DNA of 63,909 nucleotides from Lysobacteraceae bacterium (GCA_031418815.1 JANOJQ010000114.1:1-63909); one strand, 5' to 3'; shown: positions 18,973 to 29,270, numbered from the stretch's first letter. The notes: a model not told the origin generated them from the sequence alone. Program-made: numbers and translations.

Positions 18973-19548
18973 TCAGGCGGACTCGCTCTGGTTCTTGAGG
19001 ATCAGGGCGGCCAGCCACGGCTCGCCTTCCGCCATCAGCTCCAGCGGGGTCTGGGCCCAGCCGGTGAGCACCATGGCCTCGGCGATGCTGAATTCAAGCT
19101 GGGCCTTGGAGAACTTGCGCTCACCGGCGATCACCGCCTCGAGCACGGCGCGGCTGGGCATCGGCGCGTCCATTTCGGCGGCCCGGGCGGCATCGGCAGC
19201 GCCCGGCGCGGAGGCGCCGTGGGTGGCGAGGTGTTCGATGCGGCGCAGGGCGTCGCTCTGGGCGTCCTTGCCGGCGGACACTTCCGGCGCGGCGGCGGCC
19301 AGGCTCTTTTGCAGGGTGTTGAGCTGGCCGGCCACCTTCATGCGCTGGAGGTTGGCGGCGTCGCGGGCGTGTTCGGCGTCTTCGACGTCCTGGCGAAGCC
19401 GCTCCAACTCGGGGCTGGGCCCGCCGGCGGCCGGAAGGGCCTGCACGGCAGCATCGATCAGGCCCAGCCAATCGGCGCGCTCGGGCAGGGCCGGGGCGGC
19501 TTCGATGCGGGATCGCAGGTCTTGCAGTTGGGCGCGGGGGTCGCTCAT
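18973..19548 (-). CDS. hypothetical coiled-coil protein (191 aa)
   Basis: Strong host-like codon usage; helical composition; downstream of folE. Confidence 0.8.
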   Translation of the reverse strand: MSDPRAQLQDLRSRIEAAPALPERADWLGLIDAAVQALPAAGGPSPELERLRQDVEDAEHARDAANLQRMKVAGQLNTLQKSLAAAAPEVSAGKDAQSDALRRIEHLATHGASAPGAADAARAAEMDAPMPSRAVLEAVIAGERKFSKAQLEFSIAEAMVLTGWAQTPLELMAEGEPWLAALILKNQSESA

Positions 19549-19606
19549 GGTCGAAGTATAGGCACGGGGCCGGTGACAATTCAGCCCCGCCCGCGCCTCG
19601 GCCGGA

Positions 19607-20191
19607 TCAGCCGCCGCGCTTGACCGCGATCACGTCCAGGAACTCGGCGCGGGTCATCGGGTCGGTGCGGAAGGTGCCCAGCATCTTGCTGGTGACCATG
19701 CTCACGCCGGTCTTGTGTACGCCGCGGGTGGTCATGCACTGGTGCTTGGCCTCCACCACCACGGCAACGCCGATCGGCTGCAGCACGTCCTGGATGCAGC
19801 GGGCGATCTGCGCGGTCATCTTTTCCTGCACCTGGAAGCGGCGGGCATAGGTTTCCACCACGCGCGCCAGCTTGCTGATGCCCACCACCTTGCCGTCGGG
19901 CAGGTAGCCGACGTGGGCCCGGCCGATGATCGGGGCCATGTGGTGTTCGCAGTGCGACTCGAACTCGATGTCGCGCAGCACGATCATCTCGTCGTAGCCG
20001 GCCACTTCCTCGAAGGTGCGGGCGAGGAACTCGCGCGGGTCTTCCTGGTAGCCGCTGAACCAGTCGCCGTAGGCCTTGACCACCCGCTTGGGGGTGTCGA
20101 GCAGGCCTTCGCGGGCGGGGTCCTCGCCGGCCCAGCGCAGCAGGATACGTACGGCATCTTCAGCCTGGTCGCGGGTGACGGGATCGGTCAT
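19607..20191 (-). CDS. folE: GTP cyclohydrolase I
   Basis: [39 protein letters not shown]. Confidence 0.97.
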   Translation of the reverse strand: MTDPVTRDQAEDAVRILLRWAGEDPAREGLLDTPKRVVKAYGDWFSGYQEDPREFLARTFEEVAGYDEMIVLRDIEFESHCEHHMAPIIGRAHVGYLPDGKVVGISKLARVVETYARRFQVQEKMTAQIARCIQDVLQPIGVAVVVEAKHQCMTTRGVHKTGVSMVTSKMLGTFRTDPMTRAEFLDVIAVKRGG

Positions 20192-20236
20192 GGCTGGAGC
20201 CTCCTTGAGTAGAAATGCATCGTACCGCCACCGATG

Positions 20237-21469
20237 TCAGGCTCGCGTGGTGATGCGCCAGGCCAGCAGGCCCGCCAGCGTCACCAGGCCGGAGGCCAGC
20301 CAGAAGGTGGCGCCGGCCAGCGGGCCCTGCACCTGGTTGACCGCGACCGCGGCGAGGGTCTGGGTGAACAGGGTGGGGCCGAGGATGCCGGCGATCGAAT
20401 TCAGGCTGCCGATGGCGCCCTGCAGGCGCCCCTGCTCGCTGGCCGAGACGCGCGAGGTCATGATGGCCTGCGTGGCCGGGCCGGCGATCGCCCACAGCGC
20501 CGCGATCGGCATCGCCGCCCAGAACCAGGTGCCGGTCGGCGCCAGCGCATAGCCGGCAAAGCCGACGCCGCCCGCCGCGGCGCCCAGCAGCAGGGTGCGG
20601 CGGTTGCCCAGCGCGCGCGAGATGCGGCCGATCAACCCGCCCTGCACGATGATGGTGAGCAGGCCCACCAGCAGCAGGGTCCAGCCCACCATGTCCAGGC
20701 CCCAGCCGAAGCGGTAGTCGGCGTAAAGCACGAACGTGGTCGGGTAGACCAGGTGCGCCATGGCCATCAGGAAACTGACGCCGGCCAGTCCAAACAGCTC
20801 CGGGTGCGCGCGCAGCAGCTTGAGCGAGGCCAGCGGGTTGGCGCGGCGCCATTCGAACGGCACGCGGCGGTCGGGCGGCAGCGACTCGGGCAGCACGAAC
20901 CAGCCGTAGCAGAAATTCGCCGCGCACAGCCCCGCCGCCACCCAGAACGGCAGGTGCAGGTCCACCGCGCCCAGCCAGGCGCCCATCACCGGTGCCACCG
21001 TAAAACCGATGCCAAAGGCCATGCCCAGGCGGCCGAAGGCGGCGGCGCGCTGTTCCGGCGGCGTGACGTCGGCGACGTAGGCGTTGGCGGTGCTGAAGCT
21101 GGCCGACGTGGCGCCCGACACCAGGCGGGCGATGAACAGCAGCGGCAGCGTGTTGGCCATCGCCATGATGACGAAGTCCAGCGCCAGGCCGGCGTTCGAC
21201 ACCAGGATGACCGGGCGGCGGCCGAAGCGGTCCGACAGCGCGCCCTGGATCGGCGAGAAGAAGAACTGCATCACCATGAAGCCGGTGGCGAACAGGCCGT
21301 GCCAAACGGTGGCGTCGGCCAGCACGCCGCCGCTGATCTTCTTGAGCAGCTGCGGCAGCACCGGGATGATCAGCCCGAACGCCAGCACGTCCACCAGGAT
21401 GGTGACGAAGATGAAGGCGAGCGCGGCGCGGCGCGCGGGCGGCGCGGCGGCAGGGGTGGGTGTGTCCAA
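20237..21469 (-). CDS. TCR/Tet family MFS transporter
   Basis: Motif A GALSDRFGRRP, NAYVADVT, PESLP, about 12 TM segments; TTG start. Confidence 0.9.
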   Translation of the reverse strand: MDTPTPAAAPPARRAALAFIFVTILVDVLAFGLIIPVLPQLLKKISGGVLADATVWHGLFATGFMVMQFFFSPIQGALSDRFGRRPVILVSNAGLALDFVIMAMANTLPLLFIARLVSGATSASFSTANAYVADVTPPEQRAAAFGRLGMAFGIGFTVAPVMGAWLGAVDLHLPFWVAAGLCAANFCYGWFVLPESLPPDRRVPFEWRRANPLASLKLLRAHPELFGLAGVSFLMAMAHLVYPTTFVLYADYRFGWGLDMVGWTLLLVGLLTIIVQGGLIGRISRALGNRRTLLLGAAAGGVGFAGYALAPTGTWFWAAMPIAALWAIAGPATQAIMTSRVSASEQGRLQGAIGSLNSIAGILGPTLFTQTLAAVAVNQVQGPLAGATFWLASGLVTLAGLLAWRITTRA

Positions 21470-21526
21470 TCAGGGTCCGGGGGACGGGCGGAAGCAGGTG
21501 CGCAGTCTAGCCCAGGGCCGGCGCGG

Positions 21527-22123
21527 TCAAGGCGTCAGCCAGGCCGCGTCCCAGGCCTCGCCGGCGCGCTCGAACCGGGCGCGGCGGTGGCCGGCCGCCG
21601 ACAGCGACAGCCAGTCCAGCGACTGCACGCGCAGCCGCGCGAAGGCGAAGTTGCTGCGCGCGAGGACGATGCCGGCGTCGTCCAGCGGTGGCGCACCCAG
21701 TCCGGGTGGGCCACCTTCGCCGGGCTCGTGCACGACGCTGCCGGGCGCGTTGCGGCCGGCGTAGTTCTGGCGCGCCGAACGCCGGCTGGCGGCCCAGGCG
21801 GCGTCGGCCTCGGCGTCGTCCAGGTGCAGCTGCACGGTGCCCGCCAGCCGCACCTGTTCGCCATGGCCGAAGAAACACCAGGCCGCGCGGGCGTCGGCCT
21901 GCAGCTGCGTGCACTTGGGGCTGCGGCGGTCGGTGTGGAAAGCCACGGTGGCGCCGCCCGGGTCCACCGCGCGCAGCACGGCATAGCGGGCCTGGGGGCC
22001 GTCGGCGGCGGCGTTGGCCAGCACGCCCTGGTGGAAGTCGTCGCTGCGGCCGCGCGCGCCCGCCAGCAGGCGCGCCCAGGCGTGGGTCCAGACGGCGTCG
22101 AGGGTGTCGGGCATTGGATTCAT
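21527..22123 (-). CDS. pyridoxamine 5'-phosphate oxidase-like FMN-binding protein
   Basis: PQARYAVLR, FHTDRRSPK, QVRLAG, LDWLSL...HRRARF, terminal WLTP. Alternative start at 22114. Confidence 0.85.
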   Translation of the reverse strand: MNPMPDTLDAVWTHAWARLLAGARGRSDDFHQGVLANAAADGPQARYAVLRAVDPGGATVAFHTDRRSPKCTQLQADARAAWCFFGHGEQVRLAGTVQLHLDDAEADAAWAASRRSARQNYAGRNAPGSVVHEPGEGGPPGLGAPPLDDAGIVLARSNFAFARLRVQSLDWLSLSAAGHRRARFERAGEAWDAAWLTP

Positions 22124-22157
22124 TTCGGCAGCCGGGCCGTGTAGGGGATGCAAAGAG

Positions 22158-23330
22158 CTATTCGACGCGGCAGAAGACCGCCTTGAGGTAGCGGCTTTCC
22201 TTCACGTGCGCCATGAAGGGGTGGTCGGCGCCGGCGCCGGCCACCTTCAGGATCTGCACGGTGCGGCCGGCGTAGAACGCGGCGCGGCGGATCATGTCCA
22301 GGAACTCCTCTTCGCCCACCAGGCCGGTGCACGAACAGGTGAGCAGCACGCCGCCGGGCTTGATCACCTGCATGGCGAGCTTGTTCATGTCGTTGTACTT
22401 CTTCAGCGCGGCGATCACCTGCTCGCGGTCGCGGGTGAGCTTGGCCGGGTCCAGGATCACCACGTCGAACTGCTCGCCGCGCTGGTGGGCGTCGCGCAGG
22501 TAGTGGAACAGGTCGGCCTGCACGAACTTGACCGCGGCGTTGTTCAGGCGCGCGTTCTTCTCGGCCACTTCCAGTATTTCTTCGTCCAGGTCGATGCCGA
22601 TCACTTCGTCGGCGCCGCCGCGGGCCTTGGCGTAGATGGCGAAGCCGCCGGAATTGCAGCAGATGTCGAGCACGCGCTTGCCGGCGGTGAAGCGGGTGAG
22701 GTACTCGCGGTTGTCGCGCTGGTCGGCGAAGAAACCGGTCTTGTGGCCGCTGCCGGGGCTGGCGCGGAACTTCAGGCCGTGCTCGGTGATGACGCTGGGC
22801 TCGGGCGGCGGCGGCGAACGGAAGTCGAAGCTTTCCTGCTTCTGGACGTGTTCTTCCGAGAAGCTGTAGAACCGGCAGCCCGGGAACTCCTTGGCCAGCG
22901 CGGCGTAGATCCACTCGCGGTAGCGGAACGGGCCGGCCGAAAAGAACTCGACCACCAGCAGGTCGGCGTAGCGGTCCACCACCAGGCCCGAGATGCCATC
23001 ACCCTCGGAATGCACCACGCGCCAGGCGTCGGTGGTCTCGTCCAGGTGCATCAGGTCGCGGCGCAGGGCCACGGCGGCGCGGATCTTGCGTGCGAACCAG
23101 GCTTCGTCGATGGCCTCGTCGTGGTTTTCGGTCAGCACCCGCAGGGCGATGCGCGAGTGGCCGTTGTAGAAGCCACGCCCGACCCAGTGGCCGGTGTTGT
23201 CCACGATGTCCACGATCGTGCCCGGCTTGGGCTTGGCCACCGGCTTGTCGACCATTTTCTGGAAGATCCAGGGGTGGTTGGACCGGCGCTCGATCTTGAG
23301 CTGGATGACGGGCAGGGCGGTGGTATTCAT
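22158..23330 (-). CDS. rlmI: RlmI-like SAM-dependent 23S rRNA methyltransferase
   Basis: HPWIF, SEGDGISGLVVDRY, HKTGFFADQRDNR, FDVVILDP, TCSC, ADHP, YLK. Confidence 0.85.
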   Translation of the reverse strand: MNTTALPVIQLKIERRSNHPWIFQKMVDKPVAKPKPGTIVDIVDNTGHWVGRGFYNGHSRIALRVLTENHDEAIDEAWFARKIRAAVALRRDLMHLDETTDAWRVVHSEGDGISGLVVDRYADLLVVEFFSAGPFRYREWIYAALAKEFPGCRFYSFSEEHVQKQESFDFRSPPPPEPSVITEHGLKFRASPGSGHKTGFFADQRDNREYLTRFTAGKRVLDICCNSGGFAIYAKARGGADEVIGIDLDEEILEVAEKNARLNNAAVKFVQADLFHYLRDAHQRGEQFDVVILDPAKLTRDREQVIAALKKYNDMNKLAMQVIKPGGVLLTCSCTGLVGEEEFLDMIRRAAFYAGRTVQILKVAGAGADHPFMAHVKESRYLKAVFCRVE

Positions 23331-23381
23331 CCCGCCATGATACCGACCCCTGCCCGGCTTTACCGCGCGCCGCAAACCGGT

Positions 23382-23468
23382 AAAACCGGGGTCGGAGCCC
23401 GATTTCCAACCCGGGCTTCGCCAAAAGGCACCGCATGCCGCGGGGAATCGGGCTCTGACCCCGGTTTT
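23382..23468. repeat. REP-like inverted repeat (GGGGTC-type)
   Basis: AAAACCGGGGTCGGAGCCCGATTTCC ... GGGAATCGGGCTCTGACCCCGGTTTT. Confidence 0.75.
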
Positions 23469-23504
23469 CCGTTACGCGGGGCTCACTGGTTGTGCCAGAC
23501 TATG

Positions 23505-23612
23505 GGGTAGAAGGGGAGTAGCTCCCGCTGCCGACATCGTCATCACGGACCCGCAAACAGGTCCCGGTCCGGCAGACAGGTCCCAGGGGCCTGTGAGCGA
23601 GACCTTCGCCCG
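23505..23612 (+). ncRNA. yybP-ykoY (Mn2+) riboswitch
   Basis: AAGGGGAGTAGC ... CGTCAT ... GCGAGACCTT consensus elements directly upstream of a TerC/Alx gene. Confidence 0.85.
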
Positions 23613-23687
23613 CCAGCGGCGAAGGTCGTTCCGTTCCGGAACGTCGCGTGCGCTCGCGGTTGCGAGGCTTCGCCACCGGAGACTGTC

Positions 23688-24647
23688 TTGGAAACCATTG
23701 CCACACCCCTGATGTGGGTCATCTTCACGGCCTTCGTGGTCGCTGCGCTCATCGTCGACCTGCTGGTGCTGCGCCAGAACGGCCCGCATAAGGTGTCCAC
23801 CCGTGAAGCGCTGATCTGGTCCGCAGCCTGGATCGGCCTGGCCATGGTCTTCAACCTCGGCCTGTGGTGGTACCTGCAGGGCCGCCTGCCCGATGCCGAG
23901 GCCGAACGCATCGGCCTGGAGTTCCTCACCGGTTACCTGGTGGAGAAGGCGCTGGCGGTGGACAACATCTTCGTGTTCCTGATGCTGTTCACCTACTTCG
24001 GAGTGCCGGCGCAGTCGCAGCAGCGGGTGCTGATCTTCGGCGTGCTGGGCGCGATCGTGCTGCGCGCGATCATGATCTTCATAGGCGCGGCGCTGATCGC
24101 CCAGTTCCACTGGGTGCTGTACATCTTCGGCGCCTTCCTGCTGCTGACCGGCGCCAAGATGCTCTGGGCCGCGGGCCAGGAGCCGGACATGGACAAGAAC
24201 CCGATCCTGCGCTGGATCACCGCCCACCTGCCGCTGATCCGCCGCTACCAGGGCGAGGCGCTGTGGATCGGCCAGGGCAAGCGCCGCAAGTACACGCCGC
24301 TGTTCGTGGTGCTGATCATGATCGCGGTCACCGACGTCATCTTCGCGGTGGACTCGATCCCGGCCATCTTCGCCATCACCACCGACCCGTTCATCGTGCT
24401 GACCTCGAACGTGTTCGCGGTGCTGGGCCTGCGCGCGCTGTATTTCCTGCTGGCCGGCATGGCCGAGAAGTTCCACCTGCTGGCCTATGGCCTGGCGTCG
24501 GTGCTGATCTTCATCGGCGCCAAGATGCTGATCGTGGACTTCTACAAGATCCCGGTGGCGGTGTCGCTGGGCGTGGTGGCGGCGACGCTGGCCGCGTCCA
24601 TGCTGCTGAGCCTGGTGATCAAGCCCAAGCCCGCCCTGGCCGGCTGA
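23688..24647 (+). CDS. alx: TerC/Alx family metal homeostasis membrane protein
   Basis: GYLVEKALAVDNIFVF, DVIFAVDSIPAI, SNVFAVLGLRALYF; TTG start after GGAG. Confidence 0.93.
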   Translation: METIATPLMWVIFTAFVVAALIVDLLVLRQNGPHKVSTREALIWSAAWIGLAMVFNLGLWWYLQGRLPDAEAERIGLEFLTGYLVEKALAVDNIFVFLMLFTYFGVPAQSQQRVLIFGVLGAIVLRAIMIFIGAALIAQFHWVLYIFGAFLLLTGAKMLWAAGQEPDMDKNPILRWITAHLPLIRRYQGEALWIGQGKRRKYTPLFVVLIMIAVTDVIFAVDSIPAIFAITTDPFIVLTSNVFAVLGLRALYFLLAGMAEKFHLLAYGLASVLIFIGAKMLIVDFYKIPVAVSLGVVAATLAASMLLSLVIKPKPALAG

Positions 24648-24696
24648 CCGCCCGGGTGGGGCTTGCGCCGCGCGGCGCCGGCCCCACCTTTGTCGG

Positions 24697-25467
24697 ATGG
24701 ACGCCTCTCCCCAGCAGCACGCCAACGCAGTCCGCGGCCGGTTCCAGAATGCCCTGCTCGCCAGCATGGCTTTCGTGGCAGTGCTCGGTGCGATCTTCTT
24801 TGCCGGCCCGTGGCTGGGCGACACGCGGGCGTTGAGCCTGGTGCCGCAGAGCTGGCCGGGCCTCTTGGGCGTGCTGACGGCGCCGCTGCTGCACGGTTCG
24901 GCCGGCCATTGGCTGGCCAACAGCAGCGCGCTGCTGATCCTGGGCACGCTGGTGGGCACGGTGTACCCGAAGGCGGCGCTGCGGGCGCTGCCGCTGATCT
25001 GGGTGCTTTCGGGCGTGGGCACGTGGCTGATCGGTCGCCCGTCGTTCCACATCGGCGCCAGCGGCCTGACGCACGGGCTGCTGTTCCTGCTGCTGTTCCT
25101 GGGCCTGCTGCGGCGTGACCGCGCAGCCATCGCCGCCGCGCTGATCGCCTTCTTCTTCTACGGCGGCATGCTGCTCACCGTGCTGCCGCGCGAGCCGGGC
25201 GTGTCCTGGGAATACCACCTCAGCGGCGCCGTGGCCGGCACCGTCGCCGCTTTCATCTGGCGCCGCGCCGACCCGCAGCCGCCGCGCCAGCGTTACAGCT
25301 GGGAAGACGAGGAGGCGGCCGGGGACGCGCTTGACGACACCGCCACCCTGGAGCCGCCTCGCCCGGAGACGGTGCCGGTGCTGTGGCATCGGCAGGACCC
25401 ACCCACGGGCGTGGTGCTGCCGTTCCGGCAGCGCCCGGCACCCGGTCGCGACGACGGCACGAACTAG
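24697..25467 (+). CDS. rhomboid family intramembrane serine protease
   Basis: LHGSAGHWLAN, catalytic HIGASG, VSWEYHLSG. Confidence 0.9.
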   Translation: MDASPQQHANAVRGRFQNALLASMAFVAVLGAIFFAGPWLGDTRALSLVPQSWPGLLGVLTAPLLHGSAGHWLANSSALLILGTLVGTVYPKAALRALPLIWVLSGVGTWLIGRPSFHIGASGLTHGLLFLLLFLGLLRRDRAAIAAALIAFFFYGGMLLTVLPREPGVSWEYHLSGAVAGTVAAFIWRRADPQPPRQRYSWEDEEAAGDALDDTATLEPPRPETVPVLWHRQDPPTGVVLPFRQRPAPGRDDGTN

Positions 25468-25617
25468 CGCGGATTCGGGGCCTGCGCACGGGCGTGGCCT
25501 TCACGGCAGCCGGTGCGCCTTCCCGCCGTGGATGGCCGGCTCGGCCGGGCTTGCGCCTTGGTCGCAGCAATGAAAGGCTGGCGCGGCTGCCGCTCCCACG
25601 CCACGAGGCTTCGCCCG

Positions 25618-26817
25618 ATGGAATGGACGTTCGACATCCGCTCGGCCCTGCTGGTCGGTGCGGTGCTCACCCTGATGATCGGCGTGGTGCTGCTGGTGGT
25701 CGGCCGGGCGCTCTCGCCCGCCTATCGCCCCAGCATCCACTGGTGGGTGGCGGCGACGCTGCTGCAGCCGGCCGGTTTCGTGCTGCTGAGCCTGCGCGAC
25801 ACCCTGTCGCCCTTCTTGAGCATCCTGGTCGCCAACACCTTCATCGCGCTGGGCATGGCGGCGTACGTGCTGGCCCTGCAGCGGTTCTTCCGGCTGCCGA
25901 CACGGCGCGGCCCGCTGGCGGCGCTGGTGGTGATGGGGGTGATGGTTTCCTTCTACTGGGGCCTGGTGGACCCGAACCTCACCCAGCGGCTTATGTGGAT
26001 CTCGGTCGTGCTGGCGGTGTTGCTGGGCGCCAGTGCGGCCATCATCTACCGCCACGGCGACGGCCCGGTGCGCCACGTCGCCGGCGTGGCCTTTGCGGGC
26101 GCGGCGGCGATCATGGCGTACCGCGCCGTAATCCTGGTGTTCGATCCGACCCAAGTGAGCGGTGTGTTCCAGCTCACCCACGTCCAGCTGCTGACCTACG
26201 CGATCGGCAGCATGCTGCCGGTGATCGGCACCATCGGCTTCCTGCTGCTGTGCACCGAGAGAAGCCAGCACGAACTGGAACGCGCCGCGCGCGTGGACTA
26301 CCTCACCGGCTGCTACAACCGCCGCGCCATCGAGGAACTGGCCACCCAGAACATGGCGTCGGCGCGACGGCACGGCCTGCCGCTGTCGGTGCTGGTGCTG
26401 GACATCGACCACTTCAAACGCATCAACGACGAACTGGGCCATGCGATCGGCGACCTGGCGCTGGTGGAATCGGTGGCGCGCATGCGCACCACGCTGCGCG
26501 CCGAGGACGTGCTGGGGCGCTTGGGCGGCGAGGAGTTCATCGTGCTGATGCCCAACGCCGACGGCGCCAGCGCGGTGCAGGCCGCCGAACGCATCCGGCA
26601 GAGCTTCTCGGCGCGGCCGCTGCGCATGGACGGCCACGACCGCAGGGTGACGCTTTCGATCGGCGTGGCGACGCTGGCGCCGATGGACCGGGAGTTCTCG
26701 CCGCTGCTGCAGCGCGGCGACCGCGCCATGTACGCCGCCAAGAACGCCGGCCGCGACCTGGTGATGCCCGATGCGATGACCGGCTGGGACCCGCCGCCCA
26801 CCGAGCGCGCCGTCTAG
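25618..26817 (+). CDS. membrane-bound GGDEF diguanylate cyclase
   Basis: About 7 TM segments, DYLTGCYNRR, DIDHFKRIND, RAED I-site, GGEEF. Confidence 0.93.
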   Translation: MEWTFDIRSALLVGAVLTLMIGVVLLVVGRALSPAYRPSIHWWVAATLLQPAGFVLLSLRDTLSPFLSILVANTFIALGMAAYVLALQRFFRLPTRRGPLAALVVMGVMVSFYWGLVDPNLTQRLMWISVVLAVLLGASAAIIYRHGDGPVRHVAGVAFAGAAAIMAYRAVILVFDPTQVSGVFQLTHVQLLTYAIGSMLPVIGTIGFLLLCTERSQHELERAARVDYLTGCYNRRAIEELATQNMASARRHGLPLSVLVLDIDHFKRINDELGHAIGDLALVESVARMRTTLRAEDVLGRLGGEEFIVLMPNADGASAVQAAERIRQSFSARPLRMDGHDRRVTLSIGVATLAPMDREFSPLLQRGDRAMYAAKNAGRDLVMPDAMTGWDPPPTERAV

Positions 26818-27443
26818 CGCAGTCCCAGCTGCCGGTCGTGCACGCGGGCCAGACCCAGCTGGGCGGCGAGGGCGCCGCAAAGTGCCAGGAACATGTCCCA
26901 CTGCGTGTCCCAGACATCGCCCTGGGTGGCCAGGAAGGCGTCGGCGTCGCCGCCCCACACCAGCGCCGCCCACCATTCGATCAGTTCAAAGAAGGCGCTG
27001 AACGACAGCGCCGCCGCCACCACCAGGTAGAACAGCCAGCCGCCGCGCTGCAGCGGCGTGCAGCGCAGCAGCAGTTCGCGGGCCAGGATGGCCGGGACGA
27101 AGCCCTGCGCGAAGTGGCCCAGGCGGTCGTAGTGGTTGCGCGCGAGGTCGAACGTGTCCTGGAACCACAGCCCCAGCGGCGTCAGGGCGTAGGTATGGGC
27201 GCCGCCGTAGATCAGGACCAGCGCGTGCGCCACCAGCAGCCAGGCCAGCAGCCGGCTCAGCGGGAAGCGGCTCCAGGCCCAGGCCACCAGCGGCAGGCCC
27301 AACACCACCCACACCACCTCCAGCACCCAGGTCAGGCGATCGTGCGGGGCGATGCCCGACCAGGCCAGCGCACCCACCACGATGGCGACCAGCAGCCAGG
27401 CTTCGAAGCGGTTGGGCGGGGTGAGGGTTCCGGTGGTGGCCAT
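26814..27443 (-). CDS. DUF2238 (YjdF-like) inner membrane protein
   Basis: RLTWVLE, YGGAHTYA, RNHYDRLGHFAQG, FLATQGDVWDTQWDM. Confidence 0.9.
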   Translation of the reverse strand: MATTGTLTPPNRFEAWLLVAIVVGALAWSGIAPHDRLTWVLEVVWVVLGLPLVAWAWSRFPLSRLLAWLLVAHALVLIYGGAHTYALTPLGLWFQDTFDLARNHYDRLGHFAQGFVPAILARELLLRCTPLQRGGWLFYLVVAAALSFSAFFELIEWWAALVWGGDADAFLATQGDVWDTQWDMFLALCGALAAQLGLARVHDRQLGLR

Positions 27444-27528
27444 GGCGGTCCCGTGGGTTGTGCACGCCGCCATCATTCCACGGGCGGCGGTGCGGTGTTA
27501 GTTTCCGACGTCGTCTCCGGAGCCCACC

Positions 27529-29196
27529 ATGATCCCGTCCCCAAGACTGCTGCTTGCGCCGCTCGCCCTCTGCATCGCCGTTGGCTGCAGCCGTGCGCCT
27601 GAAACCGACGCCCCAGCACCGGCGGCCGCCGCCCTCCCGGCCGATCCCGGCGGCGCGCGCCGCATCGAGGCCGACGTGCGCTTCCTCGCCGACGACCTGC
27701 TGGAGGGCCGCGCCGCCGGCACTCGCGGCTACGACCTGGCGTCGCTGTACGTGGCCAACCGCTATCGCGCCATCGGGCTGGCGCCGGCAGGCGACGACGG
27801 CACCTACTTCCAGAAGGTGCCGCTGCTCGAGGCGCGGCGGGTGCGCGAGGGCGCCGCCTTCACCGTGCAGCGCGCCGACGACGACCTGGCGTTCGCCTTC
27901 CAGGACGAGTTCCTGCCGGGCATGAATTTCCACGCCGCCAGCCATGCGGTGACCGCGCCGCTGGTGTTCGTGGGCCAGGCGGTGCACGCGCCCGAACTGG
28001 GCCACGACGACTTCAAGGACGTGGACGTACGCGGCAAGGTGGCGGTGTATTTCTCCGGCGCGCCGTCGGGCTTCGGAAACACCCAGCGCGCCTTCCACGC
28101 TTCGGGTCGCGAGAAGATGGCGCAGCTGGCCGCGCGCGGCGCGGTCGGCGCGATTGGCATCGGCAATCCGGTGGACGACAAGAAGTACCCCTGGGCCCGC
28201 GGCGCGCGGACCTGGGAAATGCCCGGCATGCGGCTGGTGTCGGCCGACGGCGCGCCGCTGGAAGCCTGGCCCGAGCTCAAGGCCACCGCCTCGCTGAGCG
28301 TGGATGGCGCCCGCAAGCTGCTCGCCGGTGCGCCGATGCCGGCCGATGAAATCTTCGAGCGCCGCGAAACCGGCAAGCTGCAGTCCTTCGACCTGCCCGG
28401 CCAGGTGACGCTGTCCGGCGCCACCACGCTGCAGCGCGTGGACAGCCGCAACGTGGTGGCCAAGCTGCCCGGCTCGGACCCCGTGCTGGCGGCCGACCAC
28501 ATCGTCTACACCGCGCACCTGGACCACATCGGCGTGGGCGCCGAAGTGGACGGCGACGGCGTCTACAACGGCGCCTTCGACAACGCGCTGGGCATCGCCG
28601 TGATGCTGCAGGCGGCGACCGAACTCAAGGCCGATGCCGCGGCGCCGCGGCGTTCGCTGCTGTTCGTCGCCGTCACCGCCGAGGAGCGCGGGCTGCTGGG
28701 CGCCACCCACTTCGCCCAGTTCCCGACCGTGGCCAAGGACTCGCTGGTGGCCAACATCAACATGGACATGCCGGTGTTCCTCACCGAGGTCACCGACGTG
28801 GTGCCGATCGGCATCGAGCACAGCACGCTCGAGGCCGACGTACAGGCGGCCGCGGCGCAGCTGGGCGTGGGCCTGACCGCCGACCCGAAGCCCGAGGAAG
28901 TGGTGTTCGTGCGCTCCGACCAGTACGCGTTCGTGCGCGAGGGCATCCCGGCGGTGTACCTGGACGCGGGCATCAAGGCCCGCAACCCGGCGATCGACGC
29001 GCTGGCGCTGTACGAGGACTTCCTCACCGGCCACTACCACCAGCCCAGCGACGAAACCGACCTGTCGATCAATTACGACAGCGCGGCGATGCTGTCGCGG
29101 CTAAACGCCGCCATCGGCCGCCGCGTCGGCGACGCCGACACCCGCCCCGCCTGGAAGCAAGGCGACTTCTTCGGCACCAAGTTCGCCAGCCCGTAA
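27529..29196 (+). CDS. M28 family aminopeptidase lipoprotein with PA domain
   Basis: Lipobox IAVGC, TAHLDHIG, NGAFDNALG, TAEERGLLG, INMDM, RSDQY, YHQPSD. Confidence 0.93.
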   Translation: MIPSPRLLLAPLALCIAVGCSRAPETDAPAPAAAALPADPGGARRIEADVRFLADDLLEGRAAGTRGYDLASLYVANRYRAIGLAPAGDDGTYFQKVPLLEARRVREGAAFTVQRADDDLAFAFQDEFLPGMNFHAASHAVTAPLVFVGQAVHAPELGHDDFKDVDVRGKVAVYFSGAPSGFGNTQRAFHASGREKMAQLAARGAVGAIGIGNPVDDKKYPWARGARTWEMPGMRLVSADGAPLEAWPELKATASLSVDGARKLLAGAPMPADEIFERRETGKLQSFDLPGQVTLSGATTLQRVDSRNVVAKLPGSDPVLAADHIVYTAHLDHIGVGAEVDGDGVYNGAFDNALGIAVMLQAATELKADAAAPRRSLLFVAVTAEERGLLGATHFAQFPTVAKDSLVANINMDMPVFLTEVTDVVPIGIEHSTLEADVQAAAAQLGVGLTADPKPEEVVFVRSDQYAFVREGIPAVYLDAGIKARNPAIDALALYEDFLTGHYHQPSDETDLSINYDSAAMLSRLNAAIGRRVGDADTRPAWKQGDFFGTKFASP

Positions 29197-29202
29197 GGCC
29201 CG

Positions 29203-29270
29203 GAACGGGGTCAGGTTCACTTATTTTCACTAACTTCGGTTAGTTAAAAGAAGTGAACCTGACCCCGTTC
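29203..29270. repeat. long inverted repeat (GGGGTCAG-type), probable bidirectional terminator
   Basis: Perfect 20-bp arms GAACGGGGTCAGGTTCACTT/AAGTGAACCTGACCCCGTTC enclosing an ACTAAC-TTCG-GTTAGT hairpin. Confidence 0.85.

Noticed and set aside
20237-21469. Acquired tetracycline resistance gene
   Set aside because: No tetR or mobile context and host-like codon usage; more likely a chromosomal TCR/Tet-family MFS transporter.
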